Source: an uncultured Ruminococcus sp.
GTDB taxonomy: Bacteria > Bacillota > Clostridia > Oscillospirales > CAG-382
Direction of reading: 5' to 3'
Assembly: GCA_964487775.1 (NCBI GenBank)
Contig: CAZASH010000001.1
Location: 403,565-467,564 of the forward strand
Length of the DNA: 64,000 nt
Positions within the stretch are counted from its first letter, which is position 1, and each line of letters starts with the position of its first letter. The notes beneath the pieces were generated by a model. That model saw nothing but the letters and a program-made list of their open reading frames with translations, ran no database searches and was not told the DNA's origin. Positions 38,859-46,062 of this stretch are shown one piece after another. Both the position numbers and the translations under genes were made by a program.

Positions 38859-40286
38859 TTATTTCTTCTTTTTAATTACGATAAAGACAACGACTGCAAT
38901 CACAACAACTGCGACTACAACGATGATCCACCAGGGGAAGCTGCCGCCATTGGTATCTTCGGTCTTGCTCTCCTCGGTCTTAGAAGACTCTTCGGTCTTG
39001 CTCTCTTCGGGCTTAGAGGACTCTTCAGGCTTGCTTTCTTCGGGCTCAGAAGAATCTTCAGGCTCAGAGGAATCCTCGGGCTGGGAGGACTCATCGGAGG
39101 AGGATGCTTCGAAAGAAACGGTTGCATCGTCAGCGATAGTCAGAGCTTCGAAATCATAGCCTTCGAAAGTAACGGTCGTGCCTGCCTCGAGTGCCATCCA
39201 AGCGTTGCGGATCTGAACAGACTCAGAGTTGCTGTCGGTACGGTCGTCGCCATGGATAGCGAGAACTATATAACCGTTGTCAAGCTTAGAGAATGTAGGC
39301 TCTTCGGTGCCGTCGGGAGTCTGAGTCTCAACGACAGTATAAACGCCTGCAGTTTCGGTGGGAGCAAGCAGAATTCTTGCAGACCATTTGACGTTATAGG
39401 AAGAAAGTCCGGAAGCAGGATCGGTGATAACTGTAATTGAGCCGTAGTCGATAGTAGTGTTGAACGTGGGCTTGATCACGTTGAGAACGGGAGCTTCGGG
39501 CTCGCCGCTTTCGTCGGGTTCAGAGCTGTCGTCGGGGGTGTTGCCGGAATCGGGAGTAGGGTCGGGTGTCTCGGAACCGAGCTGGAGAATGAGGTCATCG
39601 GTGGTAGAATATACGCCGAATTTGTAGAAGGTGAGACGCTTGCCGACAGAGCCAGTAAGAGTGCAGGTGACGTCGCAGAATCTGTGGATGCCGTCGTCAA
39701 AGATCTTTGCGTCAGAACCGGTGACATATTTGCCCCAGTCCCAGATGCCGTATGCAACAGTCGAGGTGGTGCCGTCAGCGCCATTGAAATAGTTGCACTC
39801 AGTGCCGCCGATCTGATAGGAAGCATAATCGGCAGCCATCATGGAGTTGAGATAAAGGTCGCCGAGACTGGAAGTTGCAGCCTTATCCTTGCGAGTATAG
39901 TGAGCGATCATCGAGCTGACAACAACGTCGTCTGCAGATGCATAATCGAACACGAAATACGGATGCTTTTCAGTATCCTTAACATTGATGGGGCAATCGT
40001 AATAGATGTTGCCGCCATCGCCTTCTTTAAAGAAGTTCTCGGCGAAAACCATGTTGATGGTAGCGGAAGCAGAATCGAGCTCGATGGTGACCGCGCCGGT
40101 CATGACGTCTTCTTCAACGATGTGTGCGCCGTCGAGTTCGATGTTGCCGCGAGTGTTATCTTCGCTAAAACGAAGATCGGCGATGCAATAGTCACTTGCC
40201 TGTTCAGCGTTGACAGCAAAGCAAGAAATCAGTGCTGCAAGCATGCAAATAACAAGCGCTATGCTAATGAGTTTGAAATTTTTCAT
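38859..40286 (-). CDS. Secreted surface protein A: unknown N-terminal domain, shared ~115-aa module, acidic S/E/P/K stalk, FPWW-TM-KKKK C-terminus
   Basis: Signal peptide MKNFKLISIALVICMLAALISCFAVNAEQA. C-terminus ...TEDTNGGSFPWWIIVVVAVVVIAVVVFIVIKKKK. RBS aaggaa. Confidence 0.8.
   Translation of the reverse strand: MKNFKLISIALVICMLAALISCFAVNAEQASDYCIADLRFSEDNTRGNIELDGAHIVEEDVMTGAVTIELDSASATINMVFAENFFKEGDGGNIYYDCPINVKDTEKHPYFVFDYASADDVVVSSMIAHYTRKDKAATSSLGDLYLNSMMAADYASYQIGGTECNYFNGADGTTSTVAYGIWDWGKYVTGSDAKIFDDGIHRFCDVTCTLTGSVGKRLTFYKFGVYSTTDDLILQLGSETPDPTPDSGNTPDDSSEPDESGEPEAPVLNVIKPTFNTTIDYGSITVITDPASGLSSYNVKWSARILLAPTETAGVYTVVETQTPDGTEEPTFSKLDNGYIVLAIHGDDRTDSNSESVQIRNAWMALEAGTTVTFEGYDFEALTIADDATVSFEASSSDESSQPEDSSEPEDSSEPEESKPEESSKPEESKTEESSKTEESKTEDTNGGSFPWWIIVVVAVVVIAVVVFIVIKKKK
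38958..39092 (-). repeat. In-frame tandem repeat (33-bp unit, about 3 to 4 copies) encoding the acidic stalk of protein A
   Basis: Units at 38958-38990, 38991-39023 and 39024-39056, plus a degenerate copy, encode EESK(T/P)EESSK(T/P). Confidence 0.8.
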
Positions 40287-40322
40287 TGCTAAAAAATTCC
40301 TTTCTTAAAAGATGTTATTATC

Positions 40323-41240
40323 TCAGAGGATCTCCTCGGGATTATAAGGTGTCTGCTGATAGACAAAATAGTTGAGCCAATTTGAATACAGCAGGTTTGC
40401 GTGAGCTTTCCAGACATTTAAGGGCTCACGAGTCGGGTCGTCGCAGGGAAAATAGTTGCACGGAACATCGATATCTATCCCCCGCCCTATGTCACGCAGA
40501 TATTCTTTTTTTAGTGTGTCGTGGTCGTATTCAGAATGACCTGTGACAAAAACACGCCTGCCGTCCTCGGAAGCGATGATATAAGGGCCTGCTTCGGCGC
40601 TGTCGGCGAGTATATGCAGGTCGGGATGCTGCATAATATCCGACTCCGAAACACCCGAATATCTCGAGTGCGGCGCCAAAAAGGTTTCGTCAAAGCCTCT
40701 GACAAGCGGGTTTGACGGTTCGCGCGTTGTATGAGTATATATGCCCGAAAGCTTTTTGTCAAGCTTTATCTTGGGCACGCCATAGTGGTAATAAAGCCCT
40801 GCGAATGCCGCCCAGCATATATGCAATGTAGAATAGACATTGCGCTTTGTCCACTCGAGCACGGCACAAAGCTCATCCCAATAATCGACATCTGTGAAAG
40901 GCATATACTCGACAGGAGCGCCTGTTATGATCATGCCGTCGAATTTGTGCTGCATGACCTCGGCAGGCTCTTGATAAAATGCCTTGAGATGCTCCTCAGG
41001 CGTATTGTGCGAAACGTGAGAGCCCATGGCGAGCAAGGTTATATCTATTTGCAGCGGCGTATTTGAAAGCAGCCGCAAAAGCTGTGTCTCGGTGACGACC
41101 TTGGTCGGCATGAGATTTAATATGGCTATTTTAAGCGGACGTATGTCCTGCGTTATCGCGCGTGTCTCGTCCATGACGAATATATTCTCATTGACAAGCG
41201 TCGATGCCGCAGGCAGTGCGCGGGGTATCTTGATGGGCAT
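40323..41240 (-). CDS. metA: Homoserine O-acyltransferase, MetA family
   Basis: MPIKIP...[13 protein letters not shown]-terminus and conserved catalytic region ([15 protein letters not shown]); 305 aa. Confidence 0.9.
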   Translation of the reverse strand: MPIKIPRALPAASTLVNENIFVMDETRAITQDIRPLKIAILNLMPTKVVTETQLLRLLSNTPLQIDITLLAMGSHVSHNTPEEHLKAFYQEPAEVMQHKFDGMIITGAPVEYMPFTDVDYWDELCAVLEWTKRNVYSTLHICWAAFAGLYYHYGVPKIKLDKKLSGIYTHTTREPSNPLVRGFDETFLAPHSRYSGVSESDIMQHPDLHILADSAEAGPYIIASEDGRRVFVTGHSEYDHDTLKKEYLRDIGRGIDIDVPCNYFPCDDPTREPLNVWKAHANLLYSNWLNYFVYQQTPYNPEEIL

Positions 41241-41269
41241 TAACTTACCTCGGGGAAATTCTTTATTGT

Positions 41270-41298
41270 ATTATACCAAATATCAGCGCATATTTCAA
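41270..41298 (-). promoter_or_regulatory. Sigma-70-type promoter for metA
   Basis: Minus strand reads TTGAAA-17 nt-(TGg)TATAAT. The leader is only about 30 nt. Confidence 0.6.
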
Positions 41299-41354
41299 CC
41301 CCTTATATGCATTTTGCCTTTAAAAAATGCCCGGAAAATATCTCCACTTGTCAA

Positions 41355-41393
41355 AAAAAGCAAAAAGCGAGCCTTCCCTCAAAGGGGAAGGCT
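41355..41393 (-). terminator. Intrinsic terminator after surface protein B
   Basis: Minus strand: cgagccttccc-ctttga-gggaaggctcg followed by ctttttgcttttttt. Confidence 0.8.
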
Positions 41394-41408
41394 CGGATAG
41401 CTTAGTGC

Positions 41409-44087
41409 TTAATGTCTGACTTTGATGATAACAGCAGAGCCAAGCAGAGCAACGACTGCGAGAATGACGATAGCAACTATGCCATTGTCGCCTGTGTCGG
41501 GGACGTTGGGCTGATCGTCAGAAGGAGTCGAAGAGGAATCGTCGGAAGGAGTTGAGGACGAATCATCGGAAGGATCAGTGGTAGGCTGAGGAATTACAGG
41601 AACCTGATCGGTGTAGATGGTCGCATAAGCATCATCATTGACAATGCCTGCCTCAAAGTTGTAGCCGCTGATAACGATCTTTGTGCCGGGTTCGAGAGCG
41701 AGCCAGTTGTCACGCAGCGTGCCGTCGGGTTGGCCGCTTTCGCCGTGCAGCAGCAGAATGATATAACCTTCACCGATTGTCTCAGTGAACGTAGGAGCGC
41801 TGCCGTTGGGCTTTTGAGTCTCAACAACAGTATAGATGCCCGGAGTTTCAGTGGGAGCGAGCAGAACTCTGCCAGACCAGTTGGGGTTATAGTTAGCAGC
41901 AGTAGAGGGATCGGTAACGATCGTCTTTGCGTTTGTAGTTATAGAAGTGTTGACAGAAGGATGAATTGTGTAATCATCGGGTGTCAGAACGGGTTCGGGA
42001 GATGCAGCATAGATATGCTTAACCTGATCAGGATGCGCATTTGTATCTATAGAGATGCTGGCCTGTTCAAGCAGTCCCTCGACGTCATAGAAGTGATAGC
42101 CGAGCAGAGTTTGGCCGAACTTATAAGCATCATTTGCGCTGAACATATAGAGCAGGAAGCCGCCTGCAGGAACCTTTGTTGTGTTGACTTCGTCAGCGTT
42201 CTGATATACAGCAGTGGCAACATATTCGCCGTCGATCTTTTCAACGACATACATTATCCAATAATAAGGTTTCTGACCAATAACATCAGAGACTGTCTTG
42301 TCGTCGCCAGTGATGATCATAGCCTGGAAAGTGCCCCAGTTGTATCTATTCAAGTGCGAAATCTGGATGTCGGCGATGTCGCCGTTGACTGCGGTATATT
42401 CAACGAGGTCGCAGGTGCCGCACTTGTGCTGAATGATATAACCCATGGTGGTGTCGGTGATGGCGTGATCAAGCTTAGCAACGTCAGAGCCTTCGACCTT
42501 GACCTGTGCAGGGCAGTATGCGCATTCCTGATACGAATAGCCAGCAGAAGTGCAGGTAGGAGCTACTACATGAACCGGAGCGCCCTCTGCAACTCTGTGA
42601 CCGAGAGCAGAAACGATGTCGGTGTTAGCGGTTTTGTCGCCGCAGCGGCATATATGAGAGGTATAGCCGTCATCCAAGCAAGAGGGCGGAACTGCGCCGG
42701 TAATGTACTCGTGAGTATGTTCGATAGCGAAGTAAGCATTAGTAAGGCTGCCGGTCATACCTGCACATGCAGTGCGATCAACGCCAAACAGGCAAACTTT
42801 GTCACCGACATATGCATCGATGCTGCCGCCGTTTACGCCAATAGCAAAGCCGCCGTCGGGGATCTCATAGTCGCCCTTGGTGCCATCGGCAAGCGTATTA
42901 TTGAGCCTGGTTATCTTGTTGTCAGTACCGACTATTGCAATACCATAATAGTTATAGTCTTTAGCTTCGCCACCCAATATACCACGTATAGTCTTGGGAG
43001 TGTTGTACTTGACGCCGTCTTTCTCGAACGGGAAGAAGATGGTGACGTCTCCGCCGGCATAGCCGACAGAAGTAAGTATCTGTTTTGTTTCGATAGTGTA
43101 AGCTGCTGCGAGAGGCTCGGTCGAAACTGCAGCGCCCTCAAGCTCGTCGCCCTTGCTGATATTGGCAAGGTCAACGCCTGCAACATAGACTTTATCGCCT
43201 ACCGTGAGAGCGTCGATAAAGTTTGCAAGAGCTTTAGCGTCTGCGCCGCCAGAATAGTGAGCTGCAAGCACAAAGCCGTTCTCAGGAATAACATAACTGC
43301 GGAAGTTGGTGTCGGGTCTTACGCCAGTGCCCTTAGAAACGTCGGTAACAACGTATGCGCCGCTCTCTACAGACCAGACGCACGATGCAAGACTCCACCA
43401 CTCGTGGTATTTATCAGCAACATCGCCGAGGGTCTTGCCCATGTTGGGGGTGATTATGTTTGCGGAATTGGTATCATAGAGATACGCATGTGTAAGATAA
43501 GTTACATCGAGTTGGGTATAAGCATTGATCTCGACCTCGGAAACGAATGTCCAAGGGCCTTCGAAGGTAACTTTGACAAATCTGCCCGAGAGCTGCTTGT
43601 CGAAGGTGATGGATTCAACGAGGACCTCGTCAGCAGAAGAAGCCCACTTGGAATCGGTGAAATCGGTCATTTCTTTTGCAGTGACCCAGTTTTCGCCATC
43701 ATCAGATGCTTCAATAAGTATCTTGGTGGGGGCTTTAATGCCCGATTTGTTTGCAGGCCAGGTGTGAATGGTCACGTTAGAGATGTCGCTGCGAATTGCG
43801 CCGAAATCAAACTGAACGTAGCCGTTCTTAAAGCCATACCAAACAGAAGCGTCATAGCCGGTAGGACCGGTAACGCCGTCAGCAAGGTTGCCCTTGTAGT
43901 CGCTGTCGCCACCTCCATAGGTAACAACAGTGGTTTCTTTTCTTGCAATGTTCTCAACACTTGCATACGTAGGGTCAGGAGTGTCAACTTCGGTGAAGCC
44001 GGCCTCAGCACTGACCAGGAAACACGAAATCAGCGATGCGAGCATGCAAATAACAAGCGCGATGCTGACAATTTTGAAATGTTTCAT
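41409..44087 (-). CDS. Secreted surface protein B (892 aa): discoidin/F5-8 type C-like domain, about 4 copies of an uncharacterised ~110-aa module, Cys/His-rich repeats, S/D stalk, VPDTG sortase-like signal
   Basis: Signal peptide MKHFKIVSIALVICMLASLISCFLVSAEA. Discoidin-like segment LADGV...ILIEASDDGENW...FVKVTFEGPWTFVSEVEINAY. C-terminus VPDTGDNGIVAIVILAVVALLGSAVIIKVRH. Confidence 0.8.
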   Translation of the reverse strand: MKHFKIVSIALVICMLASLISCFLVSAEAGFTEVDTPDPTYASVENIARKETTVVTYGGGDSDYKGNLADGVTGPTGYDASVWYGFKNGYVQFDFGAIRSDISNVTIHTWPANKSGIKAPTKILIEASDDGENWVTAKEMTDFTDSKWASSADEVLVESITFDKQLSGRFVKVTFEGPWTFVSEVEINAYTQLDVTYLTHAYLYDTNSANIITPNMGKTLGDVADKYHEWWSLASCVWSVESGAYVVTDVSKGTGVRPDTNFRSYVIPENGFVLAAHYSGGADAKALANFIDALTVGDKVYVAGVDLANISKGDELEGAAVSTEPLAAAYTIETKQILTSVGYAGGDVTIFFPFEKDGVKYNTPKTIRGILGGEAKDYNYYGIAIVGTDNKITRLNNTLADGTKGDYEIPDGGFAIGVNGGSIDAYVGDKVCLFGVDRTACAGMTGSLTNAYFAIEHTHEYITGAVPPSCLDDGYTSHICRCGDKTANTDIVSALGHRVAEGAPVHVVAPTCTSAGYSYQECAYCPAQVKVEGSDVAKLDHAITDTTMGYIIQHKCGTCDLVEYTAVNGDIADIQISHLNRYNWGTFQAMIITGDDKTVSDVIGQKPYYWIMYVVEKIDGEYVATAVYQNADEVNTTKVPAGGFLLYMFSANDAYKFGQTLLGYHFYDVEGLLEQASISIDTNAHPDQVKHIYAASPEPVLTPDDYTIHPSVNTSITTNAKTIVTDPSTAANYNPNWSGRVLLAPTETPGIYTVVETQKPNGSAPTFTETIGEGYIILLLHGESGQPDGTLRDNWLALEPGTKIVISGYNFEAGIVNDDAYATIYTDQVPVIPQPTTDPSDDSSSTPSDDSSSTPSDDQPNVPDTGDNGIVAIVILAVVALLGSAVIIKVRH
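41527..41590 (-). repeat. In-frame tandem repeat (24-bp unit, about 2.5 copies) encoding the SDDSSSTP stalk of protein B
   Basis: Units at 41527-41550 and 41551-41574 plus a partial third. Confidence 0.75.
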
Positions 44088-44285
44088 TTCAAATTTCCTT
44101 TCTAAAAAAATGATTTGGTATATTTCACAGGGCTATGCCTGCAAAGTTCGCGGTTATGCATCTTTGGTATATGTGCATTATAACAAAAGCGAAGCGATTT
44201 TTCAAGCCCTTTTGTGCATTTTTATCCCAAAAAAATATGGTATTTAAGCTTGATTAATGTTATAATGCCTTTGTGAGGTGAAAAA

Positions 44286-45500
44286 ATGAAGCAAACTATT
44301 ATATACAGGATGTCAAACGGCGCTATTGACAAGAGCGCAATCGCTCACTGCGCCGAGATAATAAGAGGCGGCGGCTTGGTGGTGTTCCCCACCGAGACGG
44401 TTTACGGCATCGCCTGCCGTGGCGATGACGAGGCGGCAATCAAAAGCCTTTTTGAGGCAAAGGAGCGTCCTTTTGACAAGCCGCTGCTTGCGCATCTCTA
44501 TGATATTTCGCAGGCTGACGAGATAGCATATCTTTCAAAGGCTGAAAAAAGGCTCATCAAAAAGCACACGCCCGGTCCGCTGACTGTTATCGCACGCAAA
44601 AAGCCTTGCGTGCCCGACATTATGACCTCGGGCGGCGAAACGGTCGGACTGAGGTTTCCGTCCGATCCCATAGGACTCGAATTTATGAGGGCTTGCGGCT
44701 GCGTGCTCGCTGCGACGAGCGCCAATGTTTCGGGTGAAGCGGCAGGCGTAACAGGTGAGCAGGCAGCAAAGGAGCTTTTCGGCAGGGTCGATGCGATAAT
44801 CGACACGGGCAGGTCAGAGATCGGGGTTCCGTCGACGATAGTTTCGCTTGCAGACGGCGGCAGGATACTGCGTGAGGGTGCTATAAGCGGCGAAACGATA
44901 TTGCGTGAGCTTGCTATGCCCAACGTCATAGGCGTTTGCGGACGCAGTGGCAGCGGCAAAAGCACATTTTGCCACGAATTGCAGAAGCGTGGCTATACTG
45001 TCATCGACACAGACGAGGTATATCATTCGCTCATAGCCGACGGCGACAGCGAATGTACAAAAGCGATATGCGCACGGTTCGGAAGCGGCATATTATCAAA
45101 CGGCATTATCGACCGCTCAAAGCTCAGAGAGATAGTTTTTGCTGATCAAACGGCATTGCACGACCTAAACACCATTTCGCACAGGTATGTTATATCAGAG
45201 ACCCTGCACATCATTAACGATCACATCGGCGAAAAGCTGGTATTTGCCGACGTTCCCCTGCTGTTTGAAAGCGGCTTTGACAAGCAGTGCGATCATACCG
45301 TCTGCGTCTGGGCGGACGACGATATATGCATCGAGCGCATCTGCGCACGTGACGGCATATCGGTCGGCGATGCAAAGCAAAGGCTGTCAAAGCAAAAGGA
45401 TTTCAGATCGAAATGTGATCTTGTCATCGACAACCATGCAGGCATTGATATGCTGGGGCAAAAGGTCGACGAGCTTTTAAACGAGGTGCTGCATGAATAA
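44286..45500 (+). CDS. tsaC/coaE: In-frame fusion: L-threonylcarbamoyladenylate synthase TsaC (YrdC domain, aa 1-210) + dephospho-CoA kinase CoaE (aa 211-404)
   Basis: TsaC motifs VVFPTETVYGIAC, KERPFDKPL, PGPLT, ATSANVSG and PSTIV. These run into the CoaE start MPNVIGVCGRSGSGKST, with DTDEVYH and the PLLFE-type block VPLLFESGF. No stop lies between the two halves. Confidence 0.8.
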   Translation: MKQTIIYRMSNGAIDKSAIAHCAEIIRGGGLVVFPTETVYGIACRGDDEAAIKSLFEAKERPFDKPLLAHLYDISQADEIAYLSKAEKRLIKKHTPGPLTVIARKKPCVPDIMTSGGETVGLRFPSDPIGLEFMRACGCVLAATSANVSGEAAGVTGEQAAKELFGRVDAIIDTGRSEIGVPSTIVSLADGGRILREGAISGETILRELAMPNVIGVCGRSGSGKSTFCHELQKRGYTVIDTDEVYHSLIADGDSECTKAICARFGSGILSNGIIDRSKLREIVFADQTALHDLNTISHRYVISETLHIINDHIGEKLVFADVPLLFESGFDKQCDHTVCVWADDDICIERICARDGISVGDAKQRLSKQKDFRSKCDLVIDNHAGIDMLGQKVDELLNEVLHE

Positions 45501-46062
45501 AAAACGCATATTGCTGACAGTCTTAATACTTATAATATTGGCGGCGATTTTTGCCGCAGCATTTCAAGAGACGCTTCAAAAGCAGAGGTATCCGCTTTTC
45601 TATGCTGATCTTATAAAAGAATATTCCGCAAAAAACGGCATCGAGCCCTCGCTCGTCGCGGCGGTAATATTCTGTGAGAGCTCATTCGACCCCAATGCCG
45701 TTTCGAGTGCAGGCGCTATCGGACTGATGCAGTTAATGCCCGACACCTTCGATTGGCTTTCGAGACTGATGGACGAGGATTTCATAGGCGGCAAAATAAA
45801 TGACGTCGAAACAAACATATCCTGCGGCTGCTATTATCTCGGCTGGATGCAACGCAAATTCGGTTCAGAGCAGGCGTCGCTCGCAGGCTACAACGCAGGT
45901 CACGGCATCACCGCAAAGTGGCTCGCCGACGAGAATTATTCAAAGGACGGCGTGACACTCGACGAGATACCATATAAAGAAACAAAAAAATACGTCGAAA
46001 AGGTTCTTAAAACAAAAGAAATATACAAAAAGCTCTATTACAACGAGGAGGAACAAAAATGA
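45493..46062 (+). CDS. Lytic transglycosylase (SLT) domain protein, membrane-anchored
   Basis: CESSFDPNAVSSAGAIGLMQLMP (catalytic ES...GLMQ) after an N-terminal TM helix. 8-nt overlap with coaE. Confidence 0.85.
   Translation: MNKKRILLTVLILIILAAIFAAAFQETLQKQRYPLFYADLIKEYSAKNGIEPSLVAAVIFCESSFDPNAVSSAGAIGLMQLMPDTFDWLSRLMDEDFIGGKINDVETNISCGCYYLGWMQRKFGSEQASLAGYNAGHGITAKWLADENYSKDGVTLDEIPYKETKKYVEKVLKTKEIYKKLYYNEEEQK

Noticed and set aside
38853-39440. Gly/Leu/Arg/Phe-repeat ORF (195 aa), with its counterpart at 54822-55772 (316 aa)
   Set aside because: These are reverse-complement readings of the acidic Ser/Glu/Pro stalk repeats of proteins A and C. The repeat structure belongs to the minus-strand genes.
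41241-41300. Expected SAM (S-box) riboswitch or T-box upstream of metA
   Set aside because: The best promoter leaves only a leader of about 30 nt. No S-box or T-box conserved elements are visible, so metA appears to lack leader-RNA control here.
41730-44105. 791-aa ORF on the plus strand, fully antisense to surface protein B
   Set aside because: It has no RBS or promoter context, low-complexity odd composition and no recognisable motifs. The minus-strand gene has a signal peptide, domains, a terminator and a paralog. Long stop-free antisense frames are expected opposite codon-biased genes.
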